From the NCBI GenBank assembly GCA_041495645.1, contig JBGQCZ010000001.1, positions 1 through 32,296 on the forward strand: DNA of 32,296 nucleotides, in the 5' to 3' direction. This DNA is from Gemmataceae bacterium. Lineage in GTDB: Bacteria; Planctomycetota; Planctomycetia; Gemmatales; Gemmataceae. Made by a program: the position numbers and the translations under genes. The notes below the pieces were generated by a model. The model worked only from the letters and a program-made list of their open reading frames with translations. It made no database searches and was not told the DNA's origin. Shown piece by piece: positions 8,805 through 16,230 of the stretch. Position 1 is the first letter of the stretch. Each line of letters opens with the position of its first letter.

Positions 8805-9173
8805 ATGCCAACAAAAACTTACGAAGCCGAAAACCCATCCAATCTTCGTCCTGAACCAGTGGAATATTGGATTGCCAAGCGCCGTCAGGAACGAGAGCCC
8901 GAGCCGGAACCAGAGCCGGAATCTAAGATAATCAAAGCATACAGCGTCGTGCTTTTCGTTTCAAAAGACGACAATGGTATTTGGTCCGCTGTTGCGCCGG
9001 GTCTGCCTGGAGCCGGAAGTTGCGGTGATACTGAGGCTCAGGCTATTGAGAACGCCAAAGAGGCAATTGCTGGCGTGCTTGAATGTTATGATTCCGACGC
9101 GGATATTCCGTGGAAAACCATTCCGGCATTGCCCAGCGACACGAAACAACTAAAGACTATCGTCCATGTCTAG
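8805..9173 (+). CDS. hicB: HicB-family antitoxin (UPF0150 fold) with an N-terminal about 45-aa extension containing an (EP)n tract
   Basis: Core YSVVLFVSKDDNGIWSAVAPGLPGAGSCGDTEAQAIENAKEAIAGVLE matches the HicB/UPF0150 pattern. It overlaps the downstream hicA by 8 nt. gaaggg lies 8 nt upstream of the ATG. No obvious C-terminal RHH/HTH domain. Confidence 0.75.
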   Translation: MPTKTYEAENPSNLRPEPVEYWIAKRRQEREPEPEPEPESKIIKAYSVVLFVSKDDNGIWSAVAPGLPGAGSCGDTEAQAIENAKEAIAGVLECYDSDADIPWKTIPALPSDTKQLKTIVHV

Positions 9174-9393
9174 AATTCCACGGATTTCGGAATCGGACGC
9201 ATTGCGCGCCTTTCAGCGCGCTGGTTTTTCTGTGGCCAGAATCAGAGGCGCTCACCACATAATGAAAAAAGAAGGGCACCGGGAAATACTCTCGGTTCCG
9301 GTGCATGCTGGCAAGACGATTGGCAAGGGGTTGCTTGGTGATCTTATCGATGCCGCAGGTTTGACCGTCGAACAATTCATAAAGCTTCTATAA
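9166..9393 (+). CDS. hicA: HicA-family mRNA interferase toxin
   Basis: MSRIPRISESDALRAFQRAGFSVARIRGAHHIMKKEG...VPVHAGKTIGKGLLGDLIDAAGLTVEQFIKLL matches the canonical HicA layout: (G)xHH, PVH, and a C-terminal LxxIxxxAGLxxEEF helix. Confidence 0.85.
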   Translation: MSRIPRISESDALRAFQRAGFSVARIRGAHHIMKKEGHREILSVPVHAGKTIGKGLLGDLIDAAGLTVEQFIKLL

Positions 9394-9437
9394 ACCTCGT
9401 TGCTCTTCGGCGTCTCATTCCCGTATGAATCTCATTC

Positions 9438-9617
9438 TCACTTTTTCCGGCCATCTCTAGCTCGGAGAGAGGCCCGCGTCATGGTGGCGCAACAGTCTTG
9501 AACTGGCGGAGGGTCCACCATCGAAATGTGTTCTCGTTCGCGCACCAGACGAGAGCCGAGAGTCTGCAGCGCTTTCACGACTCGTCGCTTCGGAGCGTCC
9601 TTCGGAAACTTGGCCAT
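9438..9617 (-). pseudogene. hicA: HicA-family toxin remnant (59-aa ORF, below the ORF-track cutoff), probably frameshifted or internally deleted
   Basis: My own translation of the minus strand gives MAKFPKDAPKRRVVKALQTLGSRLVREREHISMV, then non-HicA DPPPVQDCCATMTRASLRARDGRKK*. The ATG overlaps the hicB2 TGA by 1 nt (TGATG). The neighbouring frame reads DGGPSASSRLLRHHDAGLSPS*, resembling the missing HicA C-terminus. Confidence 0.55.
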
Positions 9618-9874
9618 CAGGTAACGACCTCGGCCTCCGCCACGAACGCCTCAATCACCGGCGATTCCACCTTCAACATCTTCCTGCCAAACGTCTGAAT
9701 GTGAAACCGGATGGCCGACTTCACGTCCGCCATCGCTGCCTCGTATGTGTCGCCTTCGCCCACGACCACGCCCTTCAACCCGAGCGGATAGGCGACATAG
9801 CCATCGCGGTGCTTTTCCACGATGATCTTGAATTGCTTCGCTGTCGCTCGACGCACGCCGTTCGATTTGCTCAT
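9617..9874 (-). CDS. hicB: HicB-family antitoxin (UPF0150), 85 aa
   Basis: FKIIVEKHRDGYVAYPLGLKGVVVGEGDTYEAAMADVKSAIRFHI is the HicB/UPF0150 pattern. ATG at 9874 with aagga 8 nt upstream. It is coupled to the downstream hicA-like ORF. Confidence 0.75.
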   Translation of the reverse strand: MSKSNGVRRATAKQFKIIVEKHRDGYVAYPLGLKGVVVGEGDTYEAAMADVKSAIRFHIQTFGRKMLKVESPVIEAFVAEAEVVT

Positions 9875-9904
9875 GATTCACGTCCTTCGGTTTCCAGCAT
9901 AATA

Positions 9905-11317
9905 TCAACTCCACACATCCGACGTTGAATCGCCCATCGGAAAGCGCATCTCATGCGCTCGGGCCGGGCCGTCGGGTTCCTTGCCGAAGTCCACGAAGAA
10001 CTTTTCGTTGAGTTTCAGGCCGCCCTTCTCGGTGTCGCAATCGACTTGCAGCATAAGCGAGCCTTGCTTGGCGATGTTGGGATAGAACTGGTTATCCCAA
10101 CTGCTGAAGAGCGAATCGGTGACGTAGAGGCGTTTGCCGTCGAGGCTGAGTTGCAGCATTTGCGGGCCGCCGGTGGCTTGTTTGCCGTGAAGCTTCGGCG
10201 CTTTGCCGATCACACCGCCGACCCAAACCTGGCCCGCCAGCTTCGGCTTCGACGGATCGCTGATGTCGTATTGCCGCACGTCGCCGTGCAGCCAGTTCGA
10301 GAAATACAGCCAGCGATCGTCCAGCGACACGACCAGATCGCTAATCAGTCCCGGCACCGGGAAGTCCCAGCCCTTCTGTTCGACTCCCTCGACCTCGATC
10401 ACCTTCTCGGCCTTCCATTCGTCGCCGTCCTTGAAGTAATGCCACATCACGCTGGAAAGAGCCGCCCCGACAAAGCCGTGCGTGCTTTGCGGATTGTGAT
10501 GGAAGCGGACTTCGAGCGGGATCATGCCCTTCTCGCCCAGGTCGATGCTCTTGGCGATCTTGCGCTTGGTCCAATCCCAGAAATGCAGATGATGCCCGTA
10601 CTTGCCGGCCTTGACGTCATCGAGCTTGAAGCCGGGTCGCGTGGTGCTCGGGGCGGCCCACTCGCTGCTGACCATGACGTTGTGCCGGGGCTGATACCAA
10701 AAATCGTAGTTGTAGTTCATCCCTTGAGTGGTCGCTTCCCAGCGGCCGTCGATCTCGAACTTGTCATTAAGCAGCAAGAATCCGCCCGGCCCGTTGAGCT
10801 TGTCGTCGCCGAGCATCGAAATCATGATGCGTCCGTCGGACAGGCAATGAATGGTGTGCGGAGCGGTCAACTTCGTCTTGCGAACGATCTCATCCGGCTC
10901 GATGACCTTGTGCAGTTTGGGTTCGTTCGCCTTCTCCGTATCGACGATGTGAATGCGCCCGGAAACCAGACCCGGAATGATCAGGTAGCGCCGTTCGCGC
11001 TTGCCGTGACAACTCGCGCAGGCATTCCAGCCGAAGTGGTGCAATTCATCGCCGACGTTCGGCATCTTGAGCCGGTGAATCACTTGCGAATAAGTCTTCG
11101 AAGCGGGATCGAGATCGATGGTGGCGAGATAATCGGGCTTGTCCAAGCCCGTGCCGGCATAGACGCCAATGACATAGGCGAGCTTTTCCGGCGGCGACTT
11201 GCGGGCATCTTCCGGCGTGGCGAAGGTTCGTTCGGGCTCGGCGGCAGCGAGGCGGCCGGCGGCGCTCAACGCGAACGGAGTTACGGCGGCAGCGGCGAGA
11301 AAATCACGACGGTTCAT
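9905..11317 (-). CDS. Selenium-binding protein (SBP56) family / methanethiol oxidase-like, Tat-exported
   Basis: ATG at 11317 is preceded by ggagg with a 7-nt spacer. Twin-arginine signal MNRRDFLAAAAVTPFALSAAGRLAAA. SBP56 hallmarks PDYLATIDLDP, GDELHHFGWNACASCHG and HTIHC. The track's 549-aa version is an upstream over-extension. Confidence 0.85.
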   Translation of the reverse strand: MNRRDFLAAAAVTPFALSAAGRLAAAEPERTFATPEDARKSPPEKLAYVIGVYAGTGLDKPDYLATIDLDPASKTYSQVIHRLKMPNVGDELHHFGWNACASCHGKRERRYLIIPGLVSGRIHIVDTEKANEPKLHKVIEPDEIVRKTKLTAPHTIHCLSDGRIMISMLGDDKLNGPGGFLLLNDKFEIDGRWEATTQGMNYNYDFWYQPRHNVMVSSEWAAPSTTRPGFKLDDVKAGKYGHHLHFWDWTKRKIAKSIDLGEKGMIPLEVRFHHNPQSTHGFVGAALSSVMWHYFKDGDEWKAEKVIEVEGVEQKGWDFPVPGLISDLVVSLDDRWLYFSNWLHGDVRQYDISDPSKPKLAGQVWVGGVIGKAPKLHGKQATGGPQMLQLSLDGKRLYVTDSLFSSWDNQFYPNIAKQGSLMLQVDCDTEKGGLKLNEKFFVDFGKEPDGPARAHEMRFPMGDSTSDVWS

Positions 11318-11532
11318 GCGATGGCCTCCATGAGTCATGTTCCAGTAGAAGTGTCCCATTTTGGCCATCGGCCCGCGGGAATTCAAGACCCGGACGTTGC
11401 TCTGCCAACAGCCGCCGCACCGCCGCGATTCGTGAACTATGAATTCAATTGGTGAGCGCCACCGCTCCTCTCGGCCTCGCGAATCAGCCAGGCCTAATTC
11501 GTCGAACAAGGGCAGCCGTGCCAGGAAGTGAC

Positions 11533-12609
11533 ATGCAGCGCGAGTCAAAATCAATGAAGTTTCTGCTCGTGGCCCCCGCGGTGCTTGCGTTTTGCCTCGC
11601 GATGCAAGCTGCCGAACAAGGCCGCGGATTTCCCGGCTTGGGCTGCCGGTTCACGTTGCCGAACCAGGATTGGTTTTGGGTTGAACCGACTCAGCCTAAC
11701 GTATTATTCGCGGCGGCGACCAAGGATGGCCTTTCGTTGACAGCGATCTGCGATCGTCCCAAATATCGTTCGTCGGTGGATCAGATCGCAGCGAATGTAT
11801 TCGAAAGGGCGTTGAACCAATCATCGGGTGGACAGCTCACCAAGCGCGGCGGGATGTTCATTACCATTCAGGGCACTCCTTGTTACCAGTTCCACGGCGC
11901 CTACCCGGACGGCCGGACGACTGTCAGCCGGTTGATTCAGACGAACGACTTCACCTACCATCTGATGCTTGTTGGCAAGAACGGGCCAGTTGAACAACGG
12001 CCCGATTTTGAACAGATCATGTCGGGGTTCGCGTTCACGGTCCCGCCTCCAGTACCCGCCGAGCCAGCGAAGGGCAGCAACGCAGATTTGATCGTCATCA
12101 TTTTCGGAATTATCTGCTGCATTGTCGGGGCGACGCTGAGACATCTCTGGCGACAAAAGCCCAAAGCACGCTCGGCGCTCCGCGATGACTTTCGGCATGA
12201 TCGGCTTCCCGCTCCGCCGCAATTCACGGGGAGCAGTCGCGCGACAGCGGCTGCGCCGGCCGCATGGGACGCGCCGCAAAACAGTGCGATTGAATTGGAA
12301 AATGGCGGCTTGGCGGAATGCCGGCATTGCGGCTATCAGTCGGTGAGCGCCGAAGCGCGGCACTGTCCGAACTGCGGTAAAGCAGGTCCTCTGCCTGGGG
12401 TCATTTCGCGCTGGGCCGGTCGAGGCGCTATGGCGGGCATGCTCTTCGGCGGGATCGGGGGAGCCGTTTGGGGTTATTCGGTTTTGGCTGGCGGAGGCGT
12501 TTCGGGGTTCATTGCCGGTGGAGTGCTGGGTTTCATATTCGGGTTGCCGCTCGGGATGGGCGGCGGGCTAGTGGCGGGAATTGCGGCACGGGTCGCGGGG
12601 CATCGTTGA
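11533..12609 (+). CDS. Hypothetical membrane protein: signal peptide, about 150-aa extracytoplasmic domain, TM helix, Cys4 zinc ribbon and C-terminal glycine-zipper segment
   Basis: ATG at 11533 with aggaag upstream. Signal-like MKFLLVAPAVLAFCLAMQAAEQ. TM LIVIIFGIICCIVGATL. CRHCGYQSVSAEARHCPNCG. The tail GMLFGGIGGAVWGYSVLAGGGVSGFIAGGVLGFIFGLPLGMGGGLVAGIAA is a glycine zipper. Confidence 0.7.
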   Translation: MQRESKSMKFLLVAPAVLAFCLAMQAAEQGRGFPGLGCRFTLPNQDWFWVEPTQPNVLFAAATKDGLSLTAICDRPKYRSSVDQIAANVFERALNQSSGGQLTKRGGMFITIQGTPCYQFHGAYPDGRTTVSRLIQTNDFTYHLMLVGKNGPVEQRPDFEQIMSGFAFTVPPPVPAEPAKGSNADLIVIIFGIICCIVGATLRHLWRQKPKARSALRDDFRHDRLPAPPQFTGSSRATAAAPAAWDAPQNSAIELENGGLAECRHCGYQSVSAEARHCPNCGKAGPLPGVISRWAGRGAMAGMLFGGIGGAVWGYSVLAGGGVSGFIAGGVLGFIFGLPLGMGGGLVAGIAARVAGHR

Positions 12610-12627
12610 TCGAGGAGGGCGGGCGGG

Positions 12628-13587
12628 ATGTTTTTCATTTGGGGTGCGTACAACTCGGATAAGCAGCGGGGCGTCGTTGGCGACAAGTGCCCAAACTGCG
12701 GCCGGTTGACCGTTCTGCGCATTACGCAGCACTATCGCACGCAGCACGTATATTTCATTCCCTTGGGTTCGGGCGCGTTGACGGCGACCGTGCGGACCTG
12801 TGGCAATTGCGGCGCGGCAACGACTTGTTCGATGAGCGCCTATCCGCGGCTGCTTCCGGAGAAAGAAACAAGTTCGTGGCCCATCGATGAGATCGTGCGG
12901 CAGAGCAACCCCCGGCTGGCGGAGGCAATGGCTTTTCGGGCACAACTGGAACAGGATGTGCTCGATGCGGATCGCCGGTCGTTCGGACGCCTCGATCCCC
13001 GCGTCAAGCTCGCCTTTGCCAAGATCGCCGAGTTGGATTGCTCCGAGCCGCAAGTGATCGAATTGCAAACGCGGCTGGCTCAATGGGAACAACTTGACCA
13101 AGAACCTCGCGCTTGGCTGCTGCGTCGCATCGATGAATTGCTCGACCGCGTCGATCGGCGTCGGTCCGCCGATTTGTTCGTCCGCCTGATCGCCCAGCGA
13201 TTCAGGCCCGAGATGGATGGCTTCCTCAAATTCGCTACGTTCGTCGCCGTATTCGCGGTGGGAATTACTGTGACGATTGTGACCGTTCGCGACCTGAATC
13301 TGGGCTTGGCCGTCGGGTTAGTAATGGCGCTCGTCGCCGCAATCGCCTCTGCCATGTTCGTCCACCGCCAACTTCAGCGCTGGGCTCACAAACGCTTCTT
13401 TCGCAAAGTGCTCTTGCGCGAGGCGGGCGACCGGAACGTCGCGGTCGATGACGTCATGGCGACCATGGATCAGGTGAACGTCTTGGACGAAAGCACGGAC
13501 GCCCAAATACGCGGAATGGCCCAGGCCGCACCATTGCTGGCTGAGGTGCTTGCTGAGAGAAGCGATCTCGTGTCCTTGACGGCTTAG
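12628..13587 (+). CDS. Hypothetical protein: N-terminal zinc-ribbon (MFFIWG...CPNCG...YFIP...CGNCG), helical middle region and two C-terminal TM helices; paralogue of the next gene
   Basis: ATG lies 18 nt after the previous stop, with gaggag upstream. Cys4 pattern. TM candidates FLKFATFVAVFAVGITVTIVTV and LGLAVGLVMALVAAIASAMFV. It aligns by eye along its full length with 13598..14605. Confidence 0.7.
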   Translation: MFFIWGAYNSDKQRGVVGDKCPNCGRLTVLRITQHYRTQHVYFIPLGSGALTATVRTCGNCGAATTCSMSAYPRLLPEKETSSWPIDEIVRQSNPRLAEAMAFRAQLEQDVLDADRRSFGRLDPRVKLAFAKIAELDCSEPQVIELQTRLAQWEQLDQEPRAWLLRRIDELLDRVDRRRSADLFVRLIAQRFRPEMDGFLKFATFVAVFAVGITVTIVTVRDLNLGLAVGLVMALVAAIASAMFVHRQLQRWAHKRFFRKVLLREAGDRNVAVDDVMATMDQVNVLDESTDAQIRGMAQAAPLLAEVLAERSDLVSLTA

Positions 13588-13597
13588 GAGCCTTGGC

Positions 13598-14605
13598 ATG
13601 TTCGTCATTGCAGGTGAGTATAACCTGGACAAGAAGCTGGGGATGGTGGCCGATCGGTGCACGATCTGCGGCAGTGTTACCTTGCTGAGTGCCACGAAAC
13701 TCGCGCGCATGGATCATGCGTACTTCATTCCGGTTAGTTCCCGCAAGCAACTTGGCACGGTGCTGGTATGCAGCGAATGCAAGGGCAAGTCCGTGTGCAG
13801 TCCGCAGTCATTCGCGTGCTTTCTTCCAGAGAAAGAGGCACGGTCGCTATCGTTGAACGAGGTCCTGTTGCGGACAAACCCTCGCCTGGCTGAATCGATG
13901 AACCACCGGGCGCGGCTTGAGCGGGAGTCCCTCGGTGCGCCGGAAGTCGCGCGGAAGGATGGTATCAACCCGCGCGTTGAGTTGGCTTTCTTGAAGATCT
14001 CGTGCCTGAGCGGCAATGACAAGCGAATCGTCGAATTGCAGGCCAAGCTGGCCCAATGGGGCGCTCTCGATTCGGCGACCCAATCTCGAATCCTGTCGGA
14101 CGTGGACACGCTTGCCGGCGAATACGAGCGGCGCGAAGCAAGCGAACACTTCTTGAATTTCGTCGCTCAGCGATTCAAGCCCGAAATCAGCGGATTGCCC
14201 AAGCTGATGTCGTTTGTGCTCCCGCTTATCCCGGGCATTGCCTTCACCATGATCTTCCTAAACGGCAACGAAACGAGAATGGCCACTGGCCTCGCACTTT
14301 CGTTCGTCCCGGCGCTTGCAGTCGGCTTACTGGCCAATTGGTATTTTCTCCGGCAAATGCACAAGCAGTTCTTTCGTTCGGTATTTCTGCCCGAGGCCGA
14401 TGAGCGGGGCCTTCGGATGGCTCCCGTCATTGAACTGCTAGGCACCGTCGACACCGACGATTTGCGGATTGACGAGCGTCATCGTGGCATGGCCCGAGCG
14501 ATTCCACTATTGAAACAAGTCCTCGCCGAACAAAATCGATACGTGGAGATGACAAACGAACTGCATGATTCGAAGCCGGAACAAATCGATGCACTGCACC
14601 AGTGA
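13598..14605 (+). CDS. Hypothetical protein, tandem paralogue of 12628..13587 (zinc ribbon plus helical region plus 2 TM)
   Basis: ATG lies 10 nt after the previous stop, and the aggag RBS overlaps that stop (taggag). MFVIAGEYN...CTICG...YFIPV...CSECKG. Blocks shared with the paralogue: LPEKE, NPRLAE.M..RA.LE, VELQ..LAQW..LD, AQRF.PE, PLL..VLAE. Confidence 0.7.
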   Translation: MFVIAGEYNLDKKLGMVADRCTICGSVTLLSATKLARMDHAYFIPVSSRKQLGTVLVCSECKGKSVCSPQSFACFLPEKEARSLSLNEVLLRTNPRLAESMNHRARLERESLGAPEVARKDGINPRVELAFLKISCLSGNDKRIVELQAKLAQWGALDSATQSRILSDVDTLAGEYERREASEHFLNFVAQRFKPEISGLPKLMSFVLPLIPGIAFTMIFLNGNETRMATGLALSFVPALAVGLLANWYFLRQMHKQFFRSVFLPEADERGLRMAPVIELLGTVDTDDLRIDERHRGMARAIPLLKQVLAEQNRYVEMTNELHDSKPEQIDALHQ

Positions 14606-14661
14606 TCCTGAACCAGCAATCTGGCTGACGACGGTGGCCCTGTCACTAATTTGATCAAGCA

Positions 14662-16035
14662 TTACGCCGTTGCCGGCCCCAGCAGATGGCGGCGGAGCCA
14701 GACGCCGAGCGCGTCCATTTTCTCGCCGCGGCGGCCGAGCCGTTCACGATGTTGCAGAAAATGCTCCAGCAACATGAGCCGGCGCTGGGCGCGAAGCAGT
14801 TTCATCCGCGCATTGTAGACCAGCTTCATTTCGGGGCGATGCCAATCGACGCGGCCCTGCGCGTCGCGTTTGAGTTGCACGCTCAGGATCAGTCCCGAGC
14901 GGCAATGCATCGTGTACATCGCCGTCACGAAGTTGCCAAGCGAATAGACGATCAGCGCTTTTCGAGGGATGCCCGTGTCGTCGCGCAGAATGCAGCCGGT
15001 TCGTTCCGCAAGCGCCGGCAAGTCGAGGCCCTGTTCGCGCATACGGGTTTCGTAACCGTTGACAAAACAGACCTCCAACGGCTGCACGACGTGCGGATGC
15101 GTGCCTATGATCATGTCCGCACCCAAGCGGACGATCTCGCGGCCCACCTGCATCAGATCGGGCGTGGGGTAAAACTCAAATTCGTGTCCCCAGTGCAACG
15201 ACACGATGCGAAAATCGACGCTGGCCGCGGCCATGTCGGTCAGCACCTCGCGCACCCGGCCCAAATCAACGGGATGCCGAACTGTTGGCACGATGCCGGG
15301 GATGGTTTCGATTTGAAACGACGTGTGATTGAGCAAGTCCGGAGCGTTGAGTCCCCAACAAGCGGCATAGAAACCGATGCGCAGGCCGGCGGATTCGATC
15401 AGCGTCCACGGCCGCTCGCCGGGCACGCGCGCTCCCGAGTGGGCGATGCTCTGTTGATCGAGGAATTCGAGCGTGTCGGCGAGCCCGTCGTCGCCTTTGT
15501 CCAAGCAATGGTTATTAGCCGTGGCCAACGCGGAAAACGTGTTGCTCCCGTTCGGCCGGGCGAACGACGTGATCAGCGACGGTTTCGAGTTGTAATGGAC
15601 GGTGTCCGGCAAGACCCGGTAAACATAGCGGCGCGCGGAGATCGGCGTTTCCAGGTTACCCACCACGATATCGTGCCCGTTGAGATGAGCGAGCACCTCG
15701 GGAGTCAGAAACTCATCCCAACTATCGCGCAGCCACATGACATCGCCGACGGCGGCCAGGCGAACGCCGGCCTCGGGCTGTTCGCTCAGCCAGCGAACGA
15801 GCCGGCGCTGCTCGTCGAAGTAACGAATCTCCTCGGGGCATGCCGACCAATGCCCGCGGCGGTATTTGCGCAGGTAGGCGCGGCCGGTCTTGATCGCCTC
15901 GCGCAGCGGCTGGCCTTCGGCACGGGCACTCGCATACCACGGCCGGTCGGTTTCTTCGGAAAACTTGTAAGGAAAATGGTCGCGCTCGGTGGGCATTGGC
16001 GGGACTCCGTGATCGATCCCGAACCAGTCAGACAT
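14662..16035 (-). CDS. CapA/PGA_cap-family metallophosphoesterase (poly-gamma-glutamate capsule synthesis protein-like)
   Basis: ATG start. Motifs AVGDVMW, VVGNLETPIS, LATANNHCLDKGDDGLADTLEFL, SLHWGHEF and IGTHPHVVQP are typical of the CapA family. Confidence 0.8.
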   Translation of the reverse strand: MSDWFGIDHGVPPMPTERDHFPYKFSEETDRPWYASARAEGQPLREAIKTGRAYLRKYRRGHWSACPEEIRYFDEQRRLVRWLSEQPEAGVRLAAVGDVMWLRDSWDEFLTPEVLAHLNGHDIVVGNLETPISARRYVYRVLPDTVHYNSKPSLITSFARPNGSNTFSALATANNHCLDKGDDGLADTLEFLDQQSIAHSGARVPGERPWTLIESAGLRIGFYAACWGLNAPDLLNHTSFQIETIPGIVPTVRHPVDLGRVREVLTDMAAASVDFRIVSLHWGHEFEFYPTPDLMQVGREIVRLGADMIIGTHPHVVQPLEVCFVNGYETRMREQGLDLPALAERTGCILRDDTGIPRKALIVYSLGNFVTAMYTMHCRSGLILSVQLKRDAQGRVDWHRPEMKLVYNARMKLLRAQRRLMLLEHFLQHRERLGRRGEKMDALGVWLRRHLLGPATA

Positions 16036-16230
16036 GCATTTCTTACGCCGGCAACCTCTCTTTTTTTACGTGAATTCTGCAAGTCCTGTTGGGTGGGTCG
16101 AGACCGGGCTCGGCGGCCAGCTCGGGTTTCTTCATGCGTGCTTTGTCGCGTTTGAAGCGGACTGTAGGGCGGGTCGAGTCTTCGAGGCCCGCCGTTGCGG
16201 TCGGCGTGCCTCGAAGACTGGGTTCAAACG

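Noticed and set aside
9457-9654. 65-aa minus-strand ORF from the track
   Set aside because: It is not a gene as a whole, being Arg/Ser-rich and overlapping the hicB2 end. Only its C-terminal tail is informative, as the out-of-frame remnant of the hicA2 C-terminus.
9953-11455. 500-aa plus-strand ORF
   Set aside because: It lies entirely antisense to the well-supported SBP56 gene. Its composition is Arg/Ala/Leu-rich and low in complexity, typical of shadow ORFs in GC-rich DNA, and it has no motifs.
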